This document shows positions 51,125 to 63,162 of a stretch of 64,000 bases of DNA, in pieces (the stretch's first letter is position 1; every line of letters begins with the position of its first letter). The translations under genes were made by a program, and so were the position numbers. The stretch comes from Carcharhinus longimanus (Eukaryota). Under the pieces are notes generated by a model that was not told the origin of the DNA, ran no database searches, and worked only from the letters and a program-made list of their open reading frames with translations. The DNA is taken from contig JASCQW010000119.1 of assembly GCA_030264375.1 (NCBI GenBank), forward strand, positions 30,711,359 to 30,775,358, given 5' to 3'.

Positions 51125-51810
51125 AAGTCCAATTTGGCCTCCTTACCGAAGGAAGGTTATACTTGCCTTAGATGGAGTGAAAAGAGGATTCACTAGACAG
51201 ATTCCTGGAAAGGCAAAAAGGAGTGCTGGTGATTGTCTTTAGAAGAGAGGTTGAGTACATTAGGACTTTATTCCTTTGAGTTCAGAGTATGAGTGGGGAT
51301 TTCAGTGAAATATAGACAGTTCTTAAGGGCTTGACAGACTGGATGCCGGGAGGATATTTTCTCTAGGTGCAGAGTCCAGGGCTGGAATTTTACCGCCTCG
51401 CCCACCCTAGAATCAGGGTGGGCGAGGCTCGCAGAACAACATTCTCCATGGGCCTCGGGTGGGATCTTACGAGCCTCGGGTGGGCGTGCCAGTAAAATTC
51501 TGCCACAGGGATCTCAGACACAGAAGTAGCATGCAGTCAGCCTTTCAAAACTGACTTGAAGATACATTCCTCCACTCAAAAATACTGTGAACTTTTTGAA
51601 TCTTACACCCCAGAGAGCTGTGGATGATCAATCATTGAGTACATTCAAAAAGGCATTTGATGGATTTTTGGATATTGGGAGAATCAAGGAATGTAGTGAT
51701 AACTCAAGAAGGTGGGGTTGAATTTGGAGATCAACTGTAATCTTATTGAATGGTAGAGCAGACTTGAGGGGTCAAAATGCCCATCCCTGCTCCTATTTCT
51801 TATGCTCTTA
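51125..51810 (+). mobile_element. Old CR1 3' fragment containing a MITE
   Basis: gtccaatttggcctccttaccgaaggaaggttatacttgccttagatgg...; 3' tail cctgctcctatttcttatg. Confidence 0.8.
51380..51505. mobile_element. Harbinger-type hairpin MITE, TSD CAG
   Basis: cag|ggctggaattttac...gtaaaattctgcca|cag; perfect 14-bp stem at 51395-51428. Confidence 0.8.
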
Positions 51811-52059
51811 ATTTGTTTCCTTCACCAGCACCGATTCTCTCATCTTAATCACAAAAATGAGAAGTTGATAAGGTAAAGGTATTGAAGCAGGAGAGGTGAG
51901 CCAAAGGTCATGATGATAAGCTGAAGAAGCCCAATACAGGACATAATTTAAGGAACAACTTCAAGTGACACACATTTTGCAGTATGAAATAGAGTATCAC
52001 CTCATTCAGCCAGTATATATTCAATTGAAGAGGAGAAAAGGGAATGGCTTTATTTTCTG

Positions 52060-52425
52060 ATTCAGAATCATAGAATCTACAGTGTAGAAGGAGGCATTTT
52101 GCCCATCTGACAATAATCCCATCCAGTCTTATCTCCATAACCCCATATATTTACCCTCCTAGTTCCCCTAACACTAAGGGGTAATTTATCATAACCANNN
52201 NNNNNNNNNNNNNNNNNNNNNNNNNNNNNNNNNNNNNNNNNNNNNNNNNNNNNNNNNNNNNNNNNNNNNNNNNNNNNNNNNNNNNNNNNNNNNNNNNCCT
52301 AGTTCCCCTAACACTAAGGGGTAATTTATCATAACCAATCAAACTAATCCGCTCATCTTTGGAGTGTGGGAGGAAACCGAAGCACCCTGAGGAAACCCAG
52401 TGACGTGGGGAGAACATGCAAACAA
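52060..52425 (-). mobile_element. HE1-type SINE spanning an N gap
   Basis: gaatcatagaatctacagtgtagaaggaggc ... gtgggaggaaaccgaagcaccctgaggaaaccc. Confidence 0.8.
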
Positions 52426-53016
52426 AAAAGGGGCTGGGGGAATAGTGCTTGGGACTTAGAAAGCTATGAAGAATGATCTGGTGAAGCAAGCTGGAATGGG
52501 TTTAGTGGATTTTCTTATTCAGACTGTTTTGTAGCCTTATGATGTCTAGGAGAGATGTTACTGGCAACACTGTTGATGCACAATCTTTTCTCGTATTGCT
52601 CTTAGACTAGCTCCCCTGTGTAGCAGAAGCCTCATCTACATAACAACAACTACTGCATTCCAAAAAGTAATTAGTTGTGTGAAGCGATTTGAGATGTTTA
52701 ACATGATGAGTTGCCATATAATTACAAGTATTATTATTGCTGTGGAAATTGACAAGAGCCGCTATTGGAAGAATAAATTCATCCTCAGTATGACAACTGT
52801 GAATTATATGCAGGAGAAAGACAGACAGTTTATCCATCACAGTTCAGTCAAGTTCACATCCTATAATCCAAGAGTGCACAAATAGAGGCCTCGAGCAATT
52901 CTGTGCTTCTCTGTCAGTACAACTATGTGGTTTGACATGCAAAAGGCCAGGCCATTTGGTTTGCCTTTTCAGAAAAAAATCCAGAACAAATTACACGAAT
53001 AGAATCTCAAAGCACT

Positions 53017-53378
53017 GGGGGAGGCGACGGCCTAATGATATTATCGCTAGACTATTAATCCAGAAATATGGCTGATGTTCTAGGGACCCGGGTTCAAATC
53101 CCACCACGGCAGTTGGTGGAATTTGAATTCATTAATAAACATCTGGAATTAGGAAACTACTGATGACCATGAAACCATTGTCAGCTGTTGGAAAACCAAT
53201 CTGGTTCACTAATGACCTTTAAGGGAAGGAAATCTGACATCCTTACCTGGTCTGGCCAACATGTAACTCCAAAGCCACATCAATGTGGTTGACTCTTAAC
53301 TGCCTTCGGGCAACTAGGGATAGGCAATAAATGCTAGCCAGCTAGAACGCCCATGCTCCACGAATGAATAAAAAAAAA
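53017..53378 (+). mobile_element. tRNA-derived SINE family 2, near full length
   Basis: A-box-like cggcctaatgat, B box gggttcaaatccc, tail gggataggcaataaatgctagcc...cgaatgaataaaaaaaaa. Confidence 0.85.
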
Positions 53379-53397
53379 CTGCAATCCTTTCAAATAA

Positions 53398-53925
53398 GAG
53401 CAGTACTTAACCTACTTGAACACCATCTATCAGTGCCCCTCATCATAGATCTCCATTGAGGCCAGTTTGGGAATTGTTGAATATTTCTAAGGTGAGGGAT
53501 AAGAGAAGGATTGCACACTGATTTTCTTTCAGGACTTTATTAGTTTTTCTAGAGGTTGTTTGTCAGTAATTGTTAGTTTTCTAGGTTGGCCTTGAGGGAT
53601 TGTAAGTGAAATCTGCCTTACATCACCTCCACAATCCTTTTCTCTATACTAATAATTCAACTTGGAGAGACTGGATTTTAGAATACTCATTTCCAGAATT
53701 TTAACTTTACCAAAGAGAAATCTCCCTGCCAAACCACCTATAGAGAAAGATTTTAAAAAAAGCAAAAATAAAGAACAATTGCAAAATTCAAGTTTGGCAG
53801 ATCCAAAGAACAGTATTTAACCCACTTGAACACCATCTATCAGTGCCCCTCATCATAGATCTCCATTGAGGCCTGCTATGAAGTTGGTGAATGTTTCTAA
53901 GGTGAGGGATAAGAGAAAGATCTCT
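53398..53925 (+). repeat. Direct repeat of about 120 bp (53398-53515 and 53808-53925)
   Basis: Identical core acttgaacaccatctatcagtgcccctcatcatagatctccattgaggcc, plus shared tttctaaggtgagggataagaga. Confidence 0.85.
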
Positions 53926-54364
53926 CATTGGACCTTATTGCACCTGTTTTAGTGATATAAACTGAGTACAGCAAGGCCCAATTTCAGGGACCAATGTCCT
54001 GTACCATAACAAATACTTGACCTGTAACTAAGTTGATGCATTTTTCAGACATCTGCTTAAAGAGCATTAAGCATCATGTACATGCTAATGAGGCACCTAA
54101 TGTCTGTAATTAGGGCCCAGTTGGGCTGCTCTGAGCAGCACATGCATTGAGCCAACTCTTCAGGATTGCTGGCTGTGGCCAAGCCAGCTGTTGCTTTTAA
54201 ATGATATGGTTAGTTTTTTTCTATAAACTGAAGAAGGGCCAAGAGAAGGAGGAATTTACCAGAGGTTAGCTGTTGCTACTGTAGACAGCCTGAATTTCAC
54301 TTCTTCAGTTGGGCAAGTGGGCACTGTTACCTTACAATGATGTGATGCGTGAGTCCCTGATATG

Positions 54365-55296
54365 AGTTATCATTGTCACATGTATTAGCATACAGAGAAA
54401 AGTATTGTTTCTCGTGCACTATACAGACAAATCATACCATGCATGGAGAAGGAAAGGAAAAAGAGCAGAATGTAATGTTGCAGTCATAGCTAAGGTGTAG
54501 AGAAAGGTCAACTTAATACAAAGTAAGTCCATCCAAAAGTCTTATGGCAGTAGGAAGTAGCTGTTCTTGAGTCAGACTTTTATATCTTTATCCCAATGGA
54601 AGAAGGTGGAAGAGAGTATGTCTGACGTTCATGGGACCCTTGATAATGCTGGCTGCTTTTCTGAGGCAGCAGGAAGTGTAGACAGTGTTAATTGATGGGA
54701 AGGTTGTGTGACGGACTGGGCTTCGTTCATGATCCTTTGTAGTTTCTTGCAGTCTTGGACAGACAGGAGTCATACCAAGCTGAAAGAATGCTTTCTATGG
54801 TGCATCTGTAAATGTTGATGAGAGTCATAGCGGACATGTCAAATTTCCTTAGACTGCTGAGAAAGTAGAAGCATTAGTAGGCTTTCTTAACTATAGTATC
54901 AGTGTGAGGGGACCAGGACTGAATGCCTGGAAACTTGAAGCTCTTGACCACTTCCACTTCATCCCCATTGATGTAGGCAGGGGCATGTTCTCTACTGTAC
55001 TTCCTGAAGTCGATGACAATCTCCTTCATTTTGTTGACATTGAGGGAGACATTATTGTTGCTGCACCAGTTCACCAGATTCTCTACCTCTTTCCTATACT
55101 CCGTCTCATCATTCTTTGAGATCTGACCCACTACCGTGGTATCAACAGCAAACTTGAAATTGAGATGGAGGGGAATTTGGCCATCCAATCATAGGTGTAT
55201 AAGGAGTGTAGTAAGGTGCTTAGGACACAGCCTTGTGGGGCACCGGTATTGGGGATGATTGTGGAGGAGATATTGTTGCCTCTTCTTACTGTTTTC
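54365..55296 (-). mobile_element. Rex1/Babar LINE RT to 3' end
   Basis: NTGAPQGCVLS.LL.SLYT.D; KFAVDTTVVGQISKNDETEYRKEVENLVNWCSNNNVSLNVNKMKEIVIDFRK. Confidence 0.92.
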
Positions 55297-57156
55297 NNNN
55301 NNNNGATTGAAATCATTGATACTTGAATGCTGGACAGAAGAAAGCCAGATCCATCTTACATGCATTGTTCAATTCAAAAAGTAGAGGCTGCCTGCAAACA
55401 ATGATCTCCAGTCAGTCCACAACAAGTCTGCCACTCATTACCTGTTTTATATGGGGATGGGAGAAAAACTGAAGGCTGAGACCATGGCAGCAGAAAAACA
55501 GGATGGGAACATTTTACTTTATTTTAATATATTAAAATGAAATTCTCACCTGATTTGGGAGATCATGTATGAAGCAAGAGTGCAGAGATTGGATAAATGC
55601 ATCTGAACATTTCTTCTGACCTTTGTTTTAATTGACCATCAACTAAGGCAATTGAGAAATGCATCCTGGAATGTCCAACTTCATCAATCACAACACTAGG
55701 CAATGGATTCCCTGGCTTCATTAATTCTCAACTTATTGCTAAAATGATCTCCAGTCAGTCCAAGAAAAATGGCCTTGCTCCCTGAGTTTCTTTGAGTGAA
55801 GTTGTTAGTTTTGTGCTATTACCAACCAATTCTGGATGGTTTTGTACTGTGAATTGTGATCTGGAGAAAAACTTTCTTTATAAATCCAGTTAGCATACAG
55901 TAATCTAAAAAGAGAAGATATTCACCCCGTCAGTCTGAGCTGACCTCAAGCTCTATACTGTACTTGTTTCAGTCATTTACAATATCCAGTAAGGAAAGAC
56001 TTTTCTTGGTCACTGCTGGAATGAAGTCAAACTTCAGTCTCCGAAGGTAAAGGATTGAGTTTCAAAGGTTATCACTTCCGCATAGAGCAATTCTTCCAGC
56101 AGCATAGTAGCTGAGAATTCCATAATGAATCATTATTATTAAATGTCTGTGCTTCCTAACTGCACTATACAGTGCCATAAAAAGCACTGCAGTGCTGTAA
56201 GTTCCTCAAATATTAAATAGATCAAAGGTTGTCAGATGGTAGTATTTTTCACTTAGCTCCTTGTCCATTAATGGCATAGAGCAGCGCAAATCTCATTCTC
56301 AGCCTGTAAGCACTTTAAAAGGATGGGCAATTGCAAGCAATGGTGATTATTACTCAATTTATAGTCTTCGTGGTCTCACTGCATATTTCTGATCACAGAT
56401 AAAAATAATCTACATTTCGAAACTGCCTAATGTATGTTCCTTTTCCCCAAGCAAATGTCTTACGTTTTTGGATTTTTAGAAAGTCCTTTCCTGTTAGCAT
56501 TTTAATAGCAGTTCCCATGAACTGACCTATAATCCAGCAATTGTACGTTTGTTAAATCTTCTTATTGCAGTATCACATACCAAAGTAATTAATAATAACC
56601 TCATTCGCAATAATTTACTTATTGGATTTAACACAATTACCAAACACTCTGTGAAATGATAGATGTAACCACACAGGCCAGAGGTTTTTAAATTAAAGCT
56701 GTCAAAGTCATTCTCACAAAATTATTTGGAATATAAAATGCCATATTGGCATCTACTAAAAATATAATATACATTCAAAGCAATGGCAGGTTAAATTGAC
56801 ATGCAGCCTGTAATAGACTGTGCCAGAATTTATTGACATAATTGTTCATTTCAAACCATTTAAAAACAACAGTGAGACAAGGAAATGAGTCTCCAGAAAG
56901 AGTTTGAACTATCATTTTATGAACTTGAGCAGAAAGATAACAGATGTGGTAAAAACAAAATCTATGCATTTGTTTTACACTGTTTTGTGCCTGTTTTGTA
57001 TTGCTGGCATAGATCAATTTTGTCCATTCATTCAAATCAGAACATCTAGAATAGATAAATTTCACTTGTTTAGAATTTGTTTGACTTGTAATGTCCCAAG
57101 AATGTTAGAGGCATGGGTTTTAACAGAAAGAAAAAAACATGATTTGCACACATATA

Positions 57157-57293
57157 GGTCAGAAATTTCCTGTCTTGCCCACTGCGGGAATCATAGCAGG
57201 CAAGGCAGAAAATTCAGTAGACCATGTAAAGGTACATTGAGCTCAGGCAGGAATTTCTGGTCCTACAGCATGTGTGGCTGGAAAATCCTGGCC
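57157..57293. mobile_element. Harbinger-type MITE inserted in the Gypsy 3' LTR
   Basis: ata|ggtcagaaatttcc...ggaaaatcctggcc|gta; absent from the partner LTR. Confidence 0.75.
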
Positions 57294-57743
57294 GTAGATT
57301 CAAACCAATGCACAACAGATTTTATTGAAAGGGATGATGCCTGCCCTGCAGAAAACAAAACTGAAAGTAAGCACCCTAATGACATCATCATCAAATCATG
57401 TGAGCAGCTCTTAAAGCAATCTGCAACCCTTTTAAATAAATAATGTCCCTCTTTCTTTACTTCAATACTTATGTAACAGGTTACTACAATGTTATTTATA
57501 CAAGGTCAATAATTTTCGAGACACAGTACTCTGCATCATTAATCATTATACACAGTCAAAAAGAAAATCAATCAAGAGTACATCTATTCCTCTTTGCTAT
57601 GTACAATGTTCTGGAATTTGGCTGTCCTTGACACTGGAAGAATGATTTGCAACTTCAATTGACATTTCATCTCTTAGAACTAATTCTGCATCATTTTCAC
57701 GTGGTACATATGACACAATTATCAGGCAATTCAGATTCAACTA

Positions 57744-57891
57744 ACATAAAAGTAACTTACTGCAGATGCTAGAATCTGAAATAAAAACAGGAAATTCTGG
57801 AAAATTTCAGTATGTCTGACGGCATCTGTAGATAGAGAGAACAGAGTTAATATTTTGGGTCTCAGTGATCTTTTGTCAGAGCCGTTTTTGT
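57744..57891 (-). mobile_element. Penelope-like terminal repeat with a 14-bp flanking duplication
   Basis: Minus strand ctgacaaaagatcactgagacccaaaatattaactctgttctctctatctacagatgcc...; ttcagattcaacta at 57730-57743 and 57892-57905. Confidence 0.7.
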
Positions 57892-59269
57892 TTCAGATTC
57901 AACTATGCCTACTGTAGTAGTATTCACAACATTAGGGAGTAAAAAATATGGTACTTCTGGAGATGATTCAGAGAAATCATTTTGAGATGATAAAAATTGG
58001 TCAGCATGGCATCACTGGCAGTTCACAACTTGAGGATCTATATTCCTGCACCAAATTGTGAAGCCTCTTTACCAGCCATTTCCATCGACATTGCAATTTT
58101 TACTGCGATCATTAAAAGTCAAAGCACATTCAGAAAGCATTTTCTTTGGATAGCTTCATTTTGGAGACCACAAACTAGATGATTTCAAAGAGTATCTTCT
58201 AATGTCTTGCCAAACTCACAATGCTGGGCCAGGCTTTTTAAGGTAACCACAAACTAAGCAATGCGTTCATCTTCCATTTGGCTTTAGTGGAACCCGAACA
58301 GTTCTATAATGATGATCAATGTCTTTGGAGAGTAATGCATTTCAATGATGTTTGTCATCAGAAGTTTTGGTGCTTGGCTTTGCTTGATGAACTAAGACTT
58401 TACCAAGATTTTCCTTCCAATTGTCCTGAGAAAAACTGGTATGAGCAGCTATTTTGTTTGCTTGTACAAAGCTTACTGAAAATGCTCGACATAGGAACTC
58501 CATTGTTCATTTTCTTAATTGAAAAGGCCTATTGATCTTAATTAGCCCATTATTTCTCTTGCACTAGCAACTGTAGACTGTTTAGTATACACTTTTTTGA
58601 TATCTTCCTAGTATTCCCTTTTTTACTTTGGAGACAGTTGGCTTCCTGTATTTATTTCAAATGCCCCAGCCTTACAGCAAAGCATGCATTCTTTTCAAAT
58701 ATGCCATACACTGCGCGGAATCTCACCTTTCTCTGATCTGAAAAACCCATTCTTTTAAAACCACATGGAGAGTCTTTTTGCTTGCACTGGTACTTTGATC
58801 TTTGATCCTGTTGTTGCTTCTCAAGCCGTCAAAGTATGAGGAGCCACAATTTTTCCTTCTACTTTGAGATCTATTCTCGATTAAACAAAATCCCAACTTG
58901 CCATCAATTTTCTTTCTGTACAGTCCTAATTATGTTAGTAGCATGAGTTTTAACAAAAAGAAAATAACATGTTTGCGCATGTTGATTCAAACTAAGGCAC
59001 AACAAGTTTTATTAATAAAGACATTCACTGCACTGCAGAAAACAAAATAAAGTAAACAAGTAGCCTCTGCAAATATTCTGATGACATCACCATCAAATCA
59101 TGTGATCAGCTCTTAATGCAACCTGCAACCCTTTTAAATATATAACATTTTCTAAGCTTGATTTTAGCCTCCAAACTCATTCTGATCAAACATCAGTTTT
59201 TGAAAGAATTCGTATGTTGGACCTAAATGCTTTCTGCTTCATGCCCAGAGACACATTCAATAGAGGAGG

Positions 59270-60450
59270 TTAAAGTAAAGCAGAGAAGGAGGGGCCATAC
59301 AGCCATTTGAGGGCAGAATTTTCCATTACTTCCTGTGAGTGAAATCTTCCAATCCCACTGAAGGTGGCCCCTGCATCATGTTCCCCATCAATGGAAACAT
59401 CAAAAAAACTGATGGGACTGGAAATTCCTGGTGGCAACCAAGGTAAGTCGCTTCCATTGCAGGGAAAAAACCTGCAGGGAGTTCTGGGAAATCCTGCTAG
59501 GAGTCCGCTCTGCTGCTCAAAATAATTATGGCTGATGTTTGGCTTCAAATCCATTTTCCTCCACTATCCTTATATCCCTTGATTCCTGTTGTGCCATAAA
59601 ATCTGTCAATCTCAATCTTGAGATCCACAATACTGCGGTAGAGAATTTATAAAAATTCACAACTTACTGAATGAAAAAAACATATCCTCATCTCAATCCT
59701 AAATGGCCAACCCTCAAGCTATGTTCTCCATTTATAGGTTTTCAATGTTACCTATGTCCAACTCGGAGAATTGTAGATGCTTCAGCAAGGTTACTTCTTA
59801 TACTTCCAAATTGCAGAGGATTCTGGTCCATTCTACTCAATATCTCCACATTGAAGAAAATCACCATCCAAGAAATCAGTTTAATGAACCATCTTTGTAC
59901 TACTCTCATTAAAACAAGTATATCCTTCCTTGAACAAGGTAAGCAAAACTACATTATGATTGCAGCAAGATTTCCCTATCTTTGTACACAGACATCCCTG
60001 AAATGAAGACTATTATTCTATTCATTTCCCTAATAACTTGCTGTACCTGCATGTTAACCTTTTGATTGATCGGGGAGTCAAAGTTTATGACAGATGGGCA
60101 GGAAAGTTAAGCTCACATCAGATCAGCCATGATCTTATTGGCACAGCATGTTTGATGGGCCAAATGGCCTGCTCCTGTTCCTATTTGTTATGTTCTAATG
60201 TTCTAACTTGTTGTGATTCATGTACAGGGACCAGACGATCCTTCTGAAGGCCAACATTTTTTCATCTTTAGAAAGAAATTCTGCATTTCTCGTCTTCCTA
60301 CCAAAGTGGAGAACTTCACATTTCTCCATATTATACTTCATCTGCCACCTTCTTGCCCACCCACTAAACCTGTCTATATCCTGTAGCCTCTTTATATCCT
60401 CATAGCTTGCTTTCCCACCCAACTTTGTATCATCTGCAATCTTGGAAACA
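59270..60450 (-). mobile_element. Old CR1 3' region with a MITE (about 59311-59500) and a (+) CR1 tail (about 60062-60205) inserted
   Basis: Minus ORF KRLQDIDRFSGWARRWQMKYNMEKCEVLHFGRK. Confidence 0.8.
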
Positions 60451-61250
60451 CTGGCTCAGATTTTGTAATAGGAATAACAATAACATTATCTACTCATCTT
60501 TATGGAGACTTCCAGCATCCACACATGCAAATAAAATGCAGAAATCAGGAAGCGGGAGATAAGTTTTGCTACACCAGTACCTCATCGAAAGATTCAAGAT
60601 TACTTACTGACATTTACTGGCTTGTTACCAACAAAATGCTACACAAAAAGTTAGGGTTAGCATATAAGGGAATGACAGATCTTAGCTGCTGTCAAACAAC
60701 CTTTCTGGCAACAAAAATGTACTTTTACAAGGGTGAAGTTCAATTTATTGTGGGAGATTTAAAAAGTAATTACAAATGAAATACCTTTAATTTTTTTTGT
60801 TTCATAACTCTTGAGTGGTATTTCCCAACTTAACAGATCCACCTCCGTTTAAAGAGCTCAATTTCAGCTAATTTTCAGTCCAGGTCAGCAGGAAATGGGA
60901 TCAAATCAGGCCCACAAATCCTTGCAGATGGCTTCAAGGGGTGTTGGATAGAAGGTCCACCATGCTCAAAACATGGCGAGCAGAGTGCTCGAATTGACAG
61001 TCTCATGCACAGTGAATGAGTTTGGCTCCTTTTAGAATGGTATACATTCAGCTATAATCCATTAAATTTAGGTACTGGAGGGTATATGGTCTTAATTGGC
61101 ATCTGACCCTCATGCAGGCATGTAAAAATGGATGCAGGTTCCAAGGAACAATGGCCATGTCTGCTATGCAGAGGCCTCCATCTTCCTAATGCTTTGGCCA
61201 CGGCATTCAAGATGCCATGCTTGCAGTCAGAGTATAAGTGTAAGTTCAAG

Positions 61251-61365
61251 GGGGGGAGTTTTCATGTGCCACGAGCNNNNNNNNNNGGGCAGATTATACA
61301 AAGGTCCATTGACTTCGGGCAGTATTTTCTGGTTTTGGAGTGAGTGTGACTGGAAAATCCTGCCC
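61251..61365. mobile_element. Harbinger-type MITE, TSD AAG
   Basis: aag|ggggggagttttc...ggaaaatcctgccc|aag; core aaggtccattgacttcgggc resembles that of 46362. Confidence 0.7.
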
Positions 61366-61800
61366 AAGGTATCCATAGTTGTTGTAAAGGCCACAGGATG
61401 ACACAATGTTGACTATAGTTCTGAAGACTTGGGTCTTCAGAAGATCCTTGTTGTGAATGTGGATTCACTTCTGAGGGGCAGATCAATCACCTGCCATCTT
61501 CCAGGATGAGAGCAACCTGTAAGATATGACCTTGGTATGTGATGTACAGGCAAAAAGAAGTCAAGGGCTGAAGAATGCATAGCTGCCTCCTATGTGGAGG
61601 AAGACAATTCATCGCAGTCTACCAATGATTGTTCAATTGTATCTGTTCCCAAAAAAAAGAGGAGTGGAGAATGCAGTCAATGCTGCTTTCATGATAGCTT
61701 TGATGCAAGTGAAAAGAATACACAAATGGATAGGGGAATTGATAGATTACCTTAAAGATCCATCCACAAATTATAGACTTCAGTGTGACAGCATCAGGAT

Positions 61801-62061
61801 TGTGGTAACTTGACCCCTTTAAAGGGGCGATCCTTTGAAGGCCACGTGATCAGGCCAGACCCTATGGAGAGGCTGTGCAGGAAGCTGAGCCAATCAGGAA
61901 CAAGGTTGTGCACCCTGGGATGGAGAGGAACCTTAGTTGGAGCCAGGAAGGAGAAGAGAATAGACAAGTATTACAGTTCTATCAGATATTTAATTTTATC
62001 TCGTTGTTAGTAAATCAATTATTGCTTGAAGCCACAATGAGTGACCTTTGAAATTACTACA
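61801..62061 (+). mobile_element. Solo LTR related to the 45632 LTR, 5-bp TSD AGGAT
   Basis: aggat|TGTGGTAA...TTACTACA|aggat; shares tgacccctttaa.gggg..atcct...aggcca.gtgatc.ggc with 45632-45898. Confidence 0.9.
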
Positions 62062-63162
62062 AGGATAATCACTAACCTTCTTGATGAACAATTCTCAGGT
62101 CATATAATGTGTGCCTCAGATGCAAAGGTTACACGCATATTGTTCAATCATCATTTTCATTTAGAAAGTGTTTTTGTTCATGTTGCTGGTGTGGAACAAA
62201 AGACGATTGACTGTGATGAGATTGAGTGGCACATCATGGAAATGAGAGAAAAGATGATATTTATTTGGTGATTGGGTTCATTTTGAACCCTTTAAATGAA
62301 CACAGGACCTTACATCACATCGATTAACCATTCAATAATCGAAACTTTCAGAAGGATTAATGTGAAACATGGTTACAATAGGTAGTGTAGATTATGTAGG
62401 GTGAATGAACAATGCCACCATTGTGAATTTAAAACTTTTTAATTTTCCTAACTCTACTGCAATGTCTGTGTGCAGCCCTGACGTATGCAGCAAAGATGAG
62501 GGCAGCCTGCTGACTGCTATGAAATGACTTTGGGTTGACCCAGACCTGGGGGTTTGGCCTACTAAGTATCTCCTGCTCTGGAGCTGATGCCCTCCCTCGG
62601 CCTGACTTGCTGGTGTTGATGGATCATTGGTTGAGGGGATTTGGTTCTTTGGGACACATCTGGAGATGCCTGGTGAATAAATCCAGAGTGTCTGTCTGGC
62701 ACCTGCTCCCTCTAGGTGCCTGGTGGGCCCTCCCTGATCCCTTGAGAAGGAGTACCAGGAGAAAGTTTGGAGTGACTTATCCCCTCTGACCTACTCACAG
62801 CTGGAAACTGCTCATGGCTAGAGCAGTAGGTCTGAGTGCAAATCCAGCACCTGGGTCTCCAAGGTAACAGCCACCCATCTAATGGAGACTTCAATGTGGT
62901 CATTTGCTGGAGCCATGGCATCAGACAGAACATTAATGGATTCCTCTATCCTTCATTCTTCATCCTGGTCTGTTGGCAGCATCTGATAGAACCGCCTTGT
63001 GTTCCCTTGCCTCTCCTATCAGTTATGGGGGAGCTTGTCCTGGATAAAGGCAGATGGACTGATTTACTATGAATGAAACAGCAGTTAAGAATCAGGCATG
63101 CCTGTTGTGTGCTGAGCCCTCCCCAGGCACAGGAGATTTGTTGGCCTAGTTAAAAGTCCATT

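Larger units (their letters stand above)
57078..59147 (-). mobile_element. Internally deleted Gypsy element: two LTRs (about 58909-59147 and 57078-57445), PBS, gag, integrase tail, PPT
   Basis: Direct repeats share tgttag..gcatg.gttttaaca.aaagaaaa and catcaaatcatgtga.cagctctta..gcaa.ctgcaacccttttaaata. Minus strand: PBS-like tgatggcaagttgggatt; gag EQWSSYVEHF..FVQANKI..HYSPK..LKSLAQHCEFGKTLEDTL*NHLVCGLQNEAIQRK (about 58548-58045); PPT aaagaaagaggga next to the 3' LTR. Confidence 0.85.

Noticed and set aside
52158-52337. 40-bp direct repeat (cctagttcccctaacactaagggg...) either side of a 100-N gap
   Set aside because: Identical sequence flanking a gap indicates an unmerged contig overlap, an assembly artefact.
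55973-56046. Exon-like segment (ttgtttcag...AAG|gtaaag)
   Set aside because: Only one open frame, no recognisable protein and no partner exons; it cannot be supported without RNA data.
56904-57443. Longest ORF in the track (179 aa)
   Set aside because: It starts at TTG and reads antisense through a Gypsy LTR and an inserted MITE, with no recognisable domain; a chance ORF.
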